DNA of 64,000 nucleotides from a virus. The translations under genes and the position numbers were made by a program. The stretch is from positions 25,210-89,209 of the IMG/VR virus record IMGVR_UViG_3300045988_092551. The stretch is one strand, 5' to 3'. Under the pieces are notes generated by a model. The model was not told the DNA's origin and did not search any database. It was given only the letters and a program-made list of their open reading frames with translations. Of this stretch, positions 38,842 to 47,359 are shown in pieces (positions within the stretch are counted from its first letter, which is position 1; each line of letters opens with the position of its first letter).

Positions 38842-39618
38842 ATGGATGAATTAAAACGTTCTGTCGATTACAGCAGAAAGCGCTTGCAGGCAATCCGAAA
38901 CTGCGAGGACCATGTTGCTGATATCCTCTGGAAATCGACACAGAAAATAATTGCCGCAAGTAAGCGATACAGAGGTGCGGGCAGGCTCACAAACGAGTCA
39001 GCCCTGCTCTCTTATGCCAAGAATGTTACTGCTGAGGCAGAGGAGAGCATCAACAGTTACATCTCTGCTTACTCCAAGGCTTCATGCAAGATTCTAGGGA
39101 TTGACAGCGAGAACATCGAATCGTTTCTCGTCAGCGACATCTACGGAAAGACGACATCCGAAAGAAACGCCGTCTATCTCGGAAACTTTGCGGAAGACAT
39201 CGTGAGAATGATCAAGGCAGGTACTCTTATGGGATATTCAGACCAGCAGCTCCTGTCTTCCATCCGAACCGGCTACAAGGACCCATATCACACATCAGTC
39301 ATTACCAAGGCGAAGAGAAAGGACATCAACATCGATGTTCCTTCTTACGGAAAAGGATATTACAGAAATGCCTATCAGAATATCGTAAGAAACGCTTCTC
39401 AAGTGATTGCTTTAGCGTGGGGACAGGCAGAGCAGGAGTATGGACAGGAGAACAAGGCTATCGGATTCTATGTCAAGAGAGGAAGCGACTTCCCGTGCTT
39501 GATTTGTCAAAACGAAGCCGATGCCGGACTCCATTCTTTCAAAGATCCATACCCACCATTCCATGTTTCGTGTCAATGTTTTACGGTATTTGCATTCAAG
39601 GATAATAAAAAGAAATGA
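38842..39618 (+). CDS. Mu F / SPP1 gp7-like minor head protein
   Basis: 258 aa after the portal. The C-terminal PPFHVSCQC resembles the HPNCRC signature of this family. Confidence 0.55.
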   Translation: MDELKRSVDYSRKRLQAIRNCEDHVADILWKSTQKIIAASKRYRGAGRLTNESALLSYAKNVTAEAEESINSYISAYSKASCKILGIDSENIESFLVSDIYGKTTSERNAVYLGNFAEDIVRMIKAGTLMGYSDQQLLSSIRTGYKDPYHTSVITKAKRKDINIDVPSYGKGYYRNAYQNIVRNASQVIALAWGQAEQEYGQENKAIGFYVKRGSDFPCLICQNEADAGLHSFKDPYPPFHVSCQCFTVFAFKDNKKK

Positions 39619-39619
39619 T

Positions 39620-40588
39620 ATGATAAATTCTGAATTAAATTTTACTTTAGAAGAGATTCTTCCGAAGTTCCAGAAAGACTTCCAGGAGAAGATAAAGCAC
39701 TCTGTAGAGCTGCTGAGAAAGGCGGAGAAGCTTGCACTGGCATACTCACCTAACGAAGGCTTCTATCTATCGTTCAGCTCAGGCAAGGATAGTCAGTGTC
39801 TTTATCACATTGCCAAGATTGCAGGCGTGAAGTTCAAGGCTCACATGGGGCTTACGACCGTAGATCCACCAGAAGTAATCAAGTTCTGCCGCAAGAACTA
39901 TCCTGACGTAGATATGATAAAGCCGAAAATCAGCATCTACAACCAGGCTCGAAAGGAAGGTATGCTCCCAACAAGGCTGATAAGATGGTGTTGCAGGGTC
40001 TATAAAGAGGGCATCGGTGCAGGGAATGTTGTTCTCATCGGAATCCGTCACGCAGAAAGCAGACAGCGTTCGGGTAGGAGCGAGGTCGAGATTACCAACC
40101 ATAAGTACAGCGGCTCTCTTGAAGGCCTTGACGAGTTCCGTGATAAAAGGAACGGTCAGAAGCGTGGCCGTCCAACCCGGTGGGGTATCCACGAGATTAA
40201 CATCACCAATGCCAGCGATGAGCGTACCATCGGCTGTATCCGAGGCTACGAATCGCTTCTCATCTCTCCAATCATAGAGTGGACCGATGATGAGGTATGG
40301 CTATTCTTGAATACACTCGGTATTAAGCATTGTAAGCTGTACGACGAGGGCTATTATAGGATTGGCTGTCTGTGCTGCCCTATGCACAACTATAAGCAGA
40401 AACTCGCCGACTGCAAACGCTATCCGCATATCTATAATAGTTGGATTAAGGCCATCAAGGATATCCAGGCTAGCGGAAGGATGATAGACGAAGGATTGTC
40501 GCCGGAAGAGGTGTTCGACTATTGGATATACGGCAAGTCTATCAATGTATGGAGAGAACACCACAGGCAGCAAACGTTGAATCTTTAA
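39620..40588 (+). CDS. PAPS reductase / PP-loop ATPase family protein
   Basis: Start ATG 39620 lies 1 nt after the upstream stop. PP-loop SFSSGKDS and a C-terminal Cys cluster RIGCLCCPM. Confidence 0.7.
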   Translation: MINSELNFTLEEILPKFQKDFQEKIKHSVELLRKAEKLALAYSPNEGFYLSFSSGKDSQCLYHIAKIAGVKFKAHMGLTTVDPPEVIKFCRKNYPDVDMIKPKISIYNQARKEGMLPTRLIRWCCRVYKEGIGAGNVVLIGIRHAESRQRSGRSEVEITNHKYSGSLEGLDEFRDKRNGQKRGRPTRWGIHEINITNASDERTIGCIRGYESLLISPIIEWTDDEVWLFLNTLGIKHCKLYDEGYYRIGCLCCPMHNYKQKLADCKRYPHIYNSWIKAIKDIQASGRMIDEGLSPEEVFDYWIYGKSINVWREHHRQQTLNL

Positions 40589-40599
40589 ATATCAAGATT

Positions 40600-41148
40600 A
40601 TGATTGAAGAAACAAAAGGATACACGTTATCCGTCGATACGTACAAGAAGGCGAAGGCTCTCAAGATGAAGGACCCTCGCTATTACATCTACGCCAGCCT
40701 CCGTGGTTCAGGTATGTCTGTTCGTGACAGCTGGGCCATCGCATTCCAAGGAGAAGGAATAGGTGTGTGGGAGAAATCCTTCCTCGAAAACGAGATGAAC
40801 TTGCTTGAAGCCCAAGAGTCCGTTCAGAAGAGAATCGCAGAGGTGCAGGGCAAGAAAGTGAAGAATGAGAATAGCGACGAACTCACCCAGGAGGAGCTTA
40901 TTAAGGCTACCTCAAAGGAAGAGATTCTTAGAAACCTCGTTATCGCTCAGCGAGAGCAGAAATTTGGCTCTCCAGAGTGGCAAAAGACGACAGCCATGAT
41001 AGCCGACTACTCTAAGATTAAGCAGGACGAGATTGATACAGAAAATAATGTGGTCCACTACTACATTCCTTTATCAATGCCTCGATGCTGCGAGGATTGC
41101 ATTATCTTCAAAAATGGTCAAGCAGACTTCCAAAAGAGGAAGAAATAG
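40600..41148 (+). CDS. hypothetical protein (possible HTH/small-terminase-like)
   Basis: ORF 40522-41148, trimmed to MIEETKG at 40600. The SGMSVRDSWAIAF segment is HTH-like. Confidence 0.4.
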   Translation: MIEETKGYTLSVDTYKKAKALKMKDPRYYIYASLRGSGMSVRDSWAIAFQGEGIGVWEKSFLENEMNLLEAQESVQKRIAEVQGKKVKNENSDELTQEELIKATSKEEILRNLVIAQREQKFGSPEWQKTTAMIADYSKIKQDEIDTENNVVHYYIPLSMPRCCEDCIIFKNGQADFQKRKK

Positions 41149-41267
41149 TTAAATTCGTGTTAAAGTAACTTTGTTTTACTCGAAATTCAGTAAAACCAAG
41201 TACCTTTGCAATCAGATTATGTGACAGATTCTTTCTGTTGATCGTAATTCTAAAAATTGGTTAACAA

Positions 41268-41304
41268 AGGGCGGTGTCTTCACAGATGCCGCCCTTACTT
41301 TTTT
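41268..41304. terminator. bidirectional terminator between convergent genes
   Basis: AGGGCGG...CCGCCCT stem followed by TACTTTTTT on the + strand. The - strand copy is followed by the leader-like motif. Confidence 0.6.
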
Positions 41305-41339
41305 ATATATAATGAAGTAGAAGAAAAATATAAATTCAA

Positions 41340-41528
41340 TCAGGGATACTTCTCTCCAGTGATGAGCTCAAGCGCAATTCGCACCTGATCTTCAATCATA
41401 TCGTCATTAAACGTAGGAAGAATGCCGTATGATGGCAGTTTCTTCGTCTCTGCGGCCTCCAAAATGAACTGGAGTGCCTGTACTAGGGAGGTATGGTCTT
41501 GAACGACCTCAAGCAATTTATCGCTCAT
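41340..41528 (-). CDS. hypothetical protein
   Basis: ORF 41340-41657 trimmed to MSDKLLEV. It overlaps the upstream stop by 11 nt. Confidence 0.45.
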   Translation of the reverse strand: MSDKLLEVVQDHTSLVQALQFILEAAETKKLPSYGILPTFNDDMIEDQVRIALELITGEKYP

Positions 41529-42072
41529 CCTTGCCTCCTTCCTTCTTAATCTGCTCTGCCATCTCAAGAAGAGTCTCGGCGTGCTTATCGCGGTCGATGA
41601 CTTCCTGTACGGCCTCATCGCTCTCCTTGCGAAGCTGCTCTTCTGTCTTACCCTCATCGGCAGTAGCGTTCATCCTCGCAGCCTCACGAGCAAGGTATTC
41701 GTCACGGAGCTTCAGCTTACCTGCCGTGTATTCTGCATCGCCAGGCAACGATGTATCCGCATACATAAGCTGGGCAAATGCCTCGATAATGTTTCCATCA
41801 TCCTTGGAGAACTCATAATGGTCTCCTACAGCCACAGGAACACATTCATCGAGTGCAGCGTACATTGATGTGCCGATAGAGTATTCAATACCCCATGTAC
41901 CGGCAATGTTCGCAATCTTGATGAAAGGCAGCGAGCCTCTCTGTAAATGCTTCTTGATCTCAGCAGGGATATCCTCTCTGAGTGAAGCAACTTCTTTCTT
42001 AGACAAGCTCTTGCTGAACTTCAGCACGGTGAAGTGTCTTGTCTTGATAGTCTTTCCAAATGGTAATGCCAT
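41518..42072 (-). CDS. hypothetical protein
   Basis: 184-aa ORF with an acidic, helical C-terminus. Confidence 0.55.
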   Translation of the reverse strand: MALPFGKTIKTRHFTVLKFSKSLSKKEVASLREDIPAEIKKHLQRGSLPFIKIANIAGTWGIEYSIGTSMYAALDECVPVAVGDHYEFSKDDGNIIEAFAQLMYADTSLPGDAEYTAGKLKLRDEYLAREAARMNATADEGKTEEQLRKESDEAVQEVIDRDKHAETLLEMAEQIKKEGGKDER

Positions 42073-42084
42073 GATAACAATATT

Positions 42085-42228
42085 TTAAAGTTCAACTTTT
42101 ATTTCCTTATACTCGAAATCTGTGCAAGATGGATTCTCTTCTGAAGCGAACTTCTTCTCGGTAGGGTGGCAACACTTGCCATCCTTAAAGAAGAAACAAT
42201 CCTTGCAAGTGTAATCAGTCTGTCCCAT
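42085..42228 (-). CDS. 47-aa Cys-rich small protein (below ORF-track cutoff)
   Basis: Hand translation gives MGQTDYTCKDCFFFKDGKCCHPTEKKFASEENPSCTDFEYKEIKVEL. It fills the intergenic gap and overlaps the upstream stop by 14 nt. Confidence 0.35.
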   Translation of the reverse strand: MGQTDYTCKDCFFFKDGKCCHPTEKKFASEENPSCTDFEYKEIKVEL

Positions 42229-42991
42229 GTTCCTTACGTTTTTGATATTCCATCAATGTCAAGATACAATAGTTAGCGCAATCCAATAGAGCATCTTCCA
42301 ACGGCTCGTTAGCAACTTGCGCTTCATTATCCTTCAACGTCTTGATACGATTCAATTTCTCTCGTATCTTTCCGTAGCCGTAGTTGATACCAAGCTCATC
42401 ATACATTTCGGAAAAAGCATTCCCATAATCGTGATTCTTACGCTTGTAGGTATCGCTCATCTTGTCGGTGATAGCTTTGAAAGCTTTGCAATCTTCATTT
42501 GACAGCTCATCGTTATTCTTGTATTGTGGAATATTAAACTTGCCAAGATAACGACTCATAAAGTTTCTTTTGTTTCCACCACGACTACCACCAACAAAAG
42601 CATAATTTGCTATCCAATCATTTTTGGGTACTACTGTACTTATAACACCAACAGGAAGTTCCAATCCTCTGGTTGCATGCTTATTTTTATTTTCGCTTGC
42701 AATTACAGAATCTTTCCATTCATCCATCAGCTTTTCTGCGTATTCGGGATATAAGCCATTCTTCTGCAAAATATCTAAATCTACGCGTACATTAGTAATG
42801 TCACGAACTTCACAATAAACACGGTCATCTTTAACAAACTTTACACGAAAAACATCTGTAGGTCTAATCAGTGACATGCAGCATCCTTTCCTTGTATTGA
42901 CATAATAGAGAAATCCTCCTCTGGTGCGTTCTATACTCTCGCACGGAAGTAAAAACTCCAGCCCAACCTTAATATCTTCTTTCTTAATCAT
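42215..42991 (-). CDS. protein with C-terminal DUF1599/MazG-like helical domain
   Basis: 258 aa. C-terminus reads KRKNHDYGNAF...GYGKIREKLNRIKTL...PLEDALLDCANYCIL, as I recall the DUF1599 nucleotide-pyrophosphohydrolase-like family. Confidence 0.4.
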   Translation of the reverse strand: MIKKEDIKVGLEFLLPCESIERTRGGFLYYVNTRKGCCMSLIRPTDVFRVKFVKDDRVYCEVRDITNVRVDLDILQKNGLYPEYAEKLMDEWKDSVIASENKNKHATRGLELPVGVISTVVPKNDWIANYAFVGGSRGGNKRNFMSRYLGKFNIPQYKNNDELSNEDCKAFKAITDKMSDTYKRKNHDYGNAFSEMYDELGINYGYGKIREKLNRIKTLKDNEAQVANEPLEDALLDCANYCILTLMEYQKRKEHGTD

Positions 42992-42994
42992 AAG

Positions 42995-43399
42995 CTATTT
43001 CTCCTTATCTTTTAGTTCAACGAAATCTCCAATACCCAAACGAGCCTTGTTGATGCAAGACGCAATCCACCCAATCAAGTAGGCTGAAGGCTCGCCGCCG
43101 TGCTACATACCAATATCATCCTCGATGTTATCGCAGGCATGAGAAGCTTCATGGCAACAAACCCCCATCTTCATAGAATCCTTGCTTGCAAAATTAATAA
43201 ATGAACAAAGCTTCTTATCCGCCTTTTCTCTAACGATATCGTAGGTTATTGCGTCATAATTAGAAAAATCAACTTTCAAAACCTCGCCATTTCTACCTTC
43301 AAAACACTTATTAGCATCTTCTTGGTTCATGCCAATAGCGACACATAACATTCTTGGATAGATAACAGGGTCGTATTCGTAATATCCTTTTTTCTTCAT
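42995..43399 (-). pseudogene. HExxH protein with in-frame TAG (readthrough candidate or nonsense allele)
   Basis: ORF 43103-43399 ends ...CCHEASHACDNIEDDIGM-TAG. The same frame stays open for 35 more codons (HGGEPSAYLIGWIASCINKARLGIGDFVELKDKEK) to TAG 42995-42997, exactly filling the gap to the next gene. Confidence 0.45.
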
Positions 43400-43407
43400 A
43401 TTCTCAA

Positions 43408-43632
43408 CTATTTCTTGTTATACTTGTGCCCGCAGTGGAACATATTGCAGACATTGCATCTATAGACGGTCATTCCCTGCTCAATGAGCTTCGGATGCGT
43501 CTTAAGAAACTCCCAGGCATCATCCTCGGTCTCATAAGCAACCTTCGCCTTCCAGGAATGAACCTTCTTGGTCCAATGCTCAGGGTCCGGCTTAAACGGA
43601 GGAACCTTGTTCGGATTGGGATGTCTTCTCAT
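43408..43632 (-). CDS. small Cys/His protein
   Basis: 74 aa with YRCNVCNMFHCGH. Confidence 0.5.
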   Translation of the reverse strand: MRRHPNPNKVPPFKPDPEHWTKKVHSWKAKVAYETEDDAWEFLKTHPKLIEQGMTVYRCNVCNMFHCGHKYNKK

Positions 43633-43634
43633 AA

Positions 43635-44090
43635 TTAAAAAGCTGTATATCTCGTTCTACGTATATCTTCTAGCCTTTCACGAGCAGAAAGCCGTCTTTC
43701 AAGCGAAGAATCGAACTTTTTGGCTATCTGCTCGAATTTGAAAACCATTAGGTCATCCTCAGAAACCTTCCACATCTTCTTTAGCCACTCGTTATTGAGG
43801 CGCTCTGTGGTTTTTCTGATTCTGCCGCCGTAGAGGATTTCGAGCAGCAGCTCGTTTAAGCCTTCTCTGCATTCAGAATCAATAGTGAATTCGACACTGA
43901 TATTTCCATACCTGCAAGAAGACATCCTTTCGCCTGATTCAGCAGCCTTATCTACATACTTCTTAATAGAGCCAGATACCTCCTCTTCGTTGGTGTCCGC
44001 AGGTAGCAGCCATATTGTTGACTCTGGCGAAACAACAGCAGGAAACTGACAGTCGCCTATAAAAAACTCAAAATTACGTTCTTCTCCCAT
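43635..44090 (-). CDS. hypothetical protein
   Basis: 151-aa ORF in the operon. Confidence 0.5.
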   Translation of the reverse strand: MGEERNFEFFIGDCQFPAVVSPESTIWLLPADTNEEEVSGSIKKYVDKAAESGERMSSCRYGNISVEFTIDSECREGLNELLLEILYGGRIRKTTERLNNEWLKKMWKVSEDDLMVFKFEQIAKKFDSSLERRLSARERLEDIRRTRYTAF

Positions 44091-44093
44091 AAG

Positions 44094-44300
44094 CTACAAA
44101 CATTTGAATGAAACACTGTTCAACGTTCTGTTCACCGCAATCTCACTCTCGTTACACATGGTCCTCATGCACTCCAGGGCATCCTCGCGAACAGCAGTCA
44201 TAATCTCGCTCATCGAAGCGGTGGCCGGAACAATATTCCCGTCAGCCTTCTTCTTCGTGATACTGGAGATAATCTCCTTGATATATTCCTTGTCTATCAT
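44094..44300 (-). CDS. hypothetical protein
   Basis: 68-aa ORF in the operon. Confidence 0.45.
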   Translation of the reverse strand: MIDKEYIKEIISSITKKKADGNIVPATASMSEIMTAVREDALECMRTMCNESEIAVNRTLNSVSFKCL

Positions 44301-44320
44301 AGAAATCTGTTTTATAACCG

Positions 44321-45883
44321 TTAATCATCAGGCTGAATGAAGCTCTCGGGCTGCTTGATGTCCTCCTCACCACGCAATTTATTCTTCACGTCATTGATGA
44401 GAAGCTCCTGCTTCAGGTCAATCATCTGCGCTCCGTACACCTGATACGTCATTCCGCCCTGTGACCTCTTCTTGAAGAAGCCGTACTTGTCACTCATATC
44501 ACGCCCGAACTTCTGAATCGTAGGGATATCCTTCTCCTCGACATCGTTGGCCTTGCAGAACTCGACGAACCTCTCGTACATCTCCTTGGCAAGCATGCAC
44601 TCCGAAATCTCGCCCCTCGCCTCCCGACTGCACCTCATATTATACGCCCTTATCCAGGCATAGATAGGATTGCTTCCTAGAAGAGAGATGAGCAGCTGCC
44701 TTCTGCTGCCCTCAGCTGCCGGGAACCTGTACTTCCTGCTCCTCAGCTCCATCGCGCCACGGAATATCCAGTTGAACACTCCGCTCAGCTCCTCACGAAT
44801 GATCTTGCTCGCCAGCTCCGGGTCCTGCCTCTCCTTTGGAATGGTCACATCGAAGCTCACGTACTGCAAGCGTCTGATGAATCCGAGCGAAGCATCGTCA
44901 GGGAACGGAAGCTCATTGAGGTTGAAGATGAGGTAGGGGATTGAGTTCCCCTCCAGGATATCCCTGCCGAGTTTTCTCATCGGGACTGGCTCGCCGCTCA
45001 CGAGCCTCTTGAACATACCGGTGTTCTTCCTTCCGAACTTCTTCGGGTCGGAATCGGAAGACCAGTTGAAGATGGCATTCCTTATAGGATACCTTCCCCT
45101 CATTCCCTCGTCGCCGTCAGCAGTGAGGTCGGCGTAGTCCATCTTGCTTATCCTGTCCTTGCCGAATATGTTGCAGGCAACGTCGAAGATGACACTCTTT
45201 CCATTGGCTCCAGTACCGATGAGTAGGAGGCACAGCTCAATCTTCGAAGATTCCTTCCCCTCGTACGGATTGTATGCAGTACCTCTCTGTATGAGACCGA
45301 GGCCGAGGAACATCTGGAGGATCATCCTCGATGTCCTGTCCGGAAGGACCTCCTTGATGAAGTTCATCCACCTGTCACACTTCGCCTTCGGATTGTAGTC
45401 GTATGGATGATAGTATGTGACATGATACTCGGGAGAGAACGGCATCACGTTCGGATACTTCAGCCCGCTTCCGAAGTCAACAACTCCGTTGGCGAATGCA
45501 ACGATATCGAAGGTAGGTCTCAGTATGTTGTAGCACTCTATCACCTCCATGAACGACTTGTTCATCACCGTACTTATGCCTAGCATCGGAGCCATGGCCA
45601 GGTCGAGGAGCAACAGCTGGTAAGCCTGCTCAAGGACTATCTTCGGAACAACTTCGTATATCTTGCCGTTGAACATGTAGTACGAACCACCATAGTACTT
45701 CACGGGAGCCTTCTTCGCCAGACGTCTCATTGACCTGATGAAATTAGACTTCAGCTTGTTGTACTTCTCAGAGTTCGCCTTACCCCAGTCCTGACAACGG
45801 AGCTCTTCGAAACCGTACTCGTCATGTCTAGAAAGGTCAAGCAGCTGAGCGTGCAATGTGTCTATAGCAATACCATTTTCCAT
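44321..45883 (-). CDS. D5/P4-family primase-helicase (SF3 NTPase)
   Basis: 520 aa. Walker A LLIGTGANGKS, Walker B-like IFNWSSD. First gene of the - strand replication operon. Confidence 0.7.
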   Translation of the reverse strand: MENGIAIDTLHAQLLDLSRHDEYGFEELRCQDWGKANSEKYNKLKSNFIRSMRRLAKKAPVKYYGGSYYMFNGKIYEVVPKIVLEQAYQLLLLDLAMAPMLGISTVMNKSFMEVIECYNILRPTFDIVAFANGVVDFGSGLKYPNVMPFSPEYHVTYYHPYDYNPKAKCDRWMNFIKEVLPDRTSRMILQMFLGLGLIQRGTAYNPYEGKESSKIELCLLLIGTGANGKSVIFDVACNIFGKDRISKMDYADLTADGDEGMRGRYPIRNAIFNWSSDSDPKKFGRKNTGMFKRLVSGEPVPMRKLGRDILEGNSIPYLIFNLNELPFPDDASLGFIRRLQYVSFDVTIPKERQDPELASKIIREELSGVFNWIFRGAMELRSRKYRFPAAEGSRRQLLISLLGSNPIYAWIRAYNMRCSREARGEISECMLAKEMYERFVEFCKANDVEEKDIPTIQKFGRDMSDKYGFFKKRSQGGMTYQVYGAQMIDLKQELLINDVKNKLRGEEDIKQPESFIQPDD

Positions 45884-46010
45884 TTATGTACAATAATAAT
45901 ATTAATTTTCCGTTATTGTGTAGGATTACCCCCGATAAACAGGGACTTTCTGACGGATAACACGTGTCAGCTCGTCCTTACAACATGTCGACTATAAAAT
46001 ATCGACAATA

Positions 46011-46018
46011 CAAAGATA
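46011..46018 (-). promoter_or_regulatory. -7 box TATCTTTG for the replication operon
   Basis: + strand reads CAAAGATA, upstream of ATG 45883. Confidence 0.45.
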
Positions 46019-46062
46019 AGGAAAATATCCTGAATATACGCTAAAACACTAGTATATAAAGG

Positions 46063-46074
46063 GTATAAATATAC
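46063..46074 (+). promoter_or_regulatory. GTATAAATATAC 12-mer (copy 3 of 4)
   Basis: Exact 12-mer in the AT-rich control region. Confidence 0.5.
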
Positions 46075-46392
46075 ATTTTGGATATACATGAAATGAATAT
46101 TAGATATACATTTATGGTTTTGCTCACCAATATAGAAGTTGATGTTGTCAAATGTTAAAAATAGGTAGATGAATGAATATGCATAAATATGTTTTCGGTA
46201 GCAAAAGTAATTAAACCTTACAAGTAGGCTAAAAAATCGGAAGAAAAAATTTTTAGATGAGGTGACTACCGCGCTGATTTATAACCATATAAGGGGGTAT
46301 GGGGTCTATAATAAAAATATTGTACAAATTATGTTAGTTTACACTATATAAACCACCGTGAAACAGTCATTTTTACACTTTTTAACATTGTT

Positions 46393-46408
46393 GGTTTATA
46401 TTATAAAC
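46393..46408. promoter_or_regulatory. palindrome GGTTTATATTATAAAC (operator-like, copy 1)
   Basis: Identical 16-mer at 62664-62679. The match extends to TG-TGGTTTATATTATAAACT. Confidence 0.5.
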
Positions 46409-46467
46409 TAACTTTTGTAACCACTTAAATATCAACCACTTATAAAGTATTTTAATTCATTCTTTTT

Positions 46468-46479
46468 GTATAAATATAC
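46468..46479 (+). promoter_or_regulatory. GTATAAATATAC 12-mer (copy 4 of 4)
   Basis: Exact 12-mer in the AT-rich control region. Confidence 0.5.
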
Positions 46480-46727
46480 GTCGTGAAACATTTCTGTTTG
46501 ATATAGTGTACCTAAGTAAAAGAATATTACACGATTTTCTAACTGGTTAAATGTTAAAACGTTAACATTTACTGTCTATTTAAGTGCGTATATGTAGTTA
46601 TATAGCTTATTTCCTTTATTTAGGCGTAAAGTGTTAAAACTCATAAGGTGTTATATATCAGATTGTTACGTATCTTTCGTATATTAATATTTAACATAAA
46701 ATATTTGGTTATGTCGAAAAAAAGTAG

Positions 46728-46735
46728 TATCTTTG
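46728..46735 (+). promoter_or_regulatory. -7 box TATCTTTG with TTTG at 46704-46707
   Basis: TAnnTTTG with a -33-like TTTG 20 nt upstream. About 60 nt before ATG 46795. Confidence 0.55.
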
Positions 46736-46794
46736 CAGTAGAAATAAAGAGATAGAAAGACTATCTTATAAGAACCATTTAAACAAATAAGTAT

Positions 46795-47319
46795 ATGAAA
46801 GAAGATTTAACCGTAAAAAGCGCTCAAGGTTACGAGCATACCAACACAAAGGTAGCTAGTTATGTAAGCGAGTGCAAGAGTAGTGTTACACTCTCTCAGT
46901 GTTTGGACGTACTTAACAGTTATCGTAAAAAACTGTTAAGTGAGTGCACCGACAAAGAAGTAGTAGAGGCTAAAAAAAACCTTGATGCTGCACGTGCTAA
47001 CTACAATAAGTTAGCCACAAAGTTTGTGCTTTCTGATACAGACTACTGCAATTTACAGACAGAAGTTGTAAGAAGTGCAGTGAGTGAGTATTCAAAAAAG
47101 CATAAATTGTCTAGCTTCTTTACTTGGTTTGACGCAAACGGAAAAGACGTGCAAACGACAATTATAGACAGTTTGCAGCGCTTAGGCTCTAAGTTGTGTG
47201 CATTACACCAAGCATTTGCAAGCGGAAACAAGGTTGCAAAGAAGAAGTCTGAGACTATCACGGATTTGCAGAAGCAAATTGCAGATTTGCAAGCTAAACT
47301 TGCAGCAGCGCAAAAGTAA
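46795..47319 (+). CDS. hypothetical protein, first gene of the rightward array
   Basis: 174 aa. Leader AACCATTTAAAC...GTATATG. C-terminal coiled coil. Confidence 0.6.
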   Translation: MKEDLTVKSAQGYEHTNTKVASYVSECKSSVTLSQCLDVLNSYRKKLLSECTDKEVVEAKKNLDAARANYNKLATKFVLSDTDYCNLQTEVVRSAVSEYSKKHKLSSFFTWFDANGKDVQTTIIDSLQRLGSKLCALHQAFASGNKVAKKKSETITDLQKQIADLQAKLAAAQK

Positions 47320-47326
47320 TCAAACT

Positions 47327-47356
47327 AGATAGGTAGCTGAAAACTACCTATCTTTT
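47327..47356 (+). terminator. rho-independent terminator-like hairpin
   Basis: AGATAGGTAG-CTGAAAA-CTACCTATCT followed by TTTT. Confidence 0.6.
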
Positions 47357-47359
47357 CCC

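Larger units (their letters stand above)
45884..46794. other. AT-rich divergent control region, possible replication origin
   Basis: About 910 nt without ORFs between the divergent primase-helicase gene and the cassette array. Short direct repeats: ATATACAT x3, AACCACTTA x2, CGTGAAACA x2, ATGTTAAAA x3. Also carries the 12-mer and palindrome sites listed below. Confidence 0.4.
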
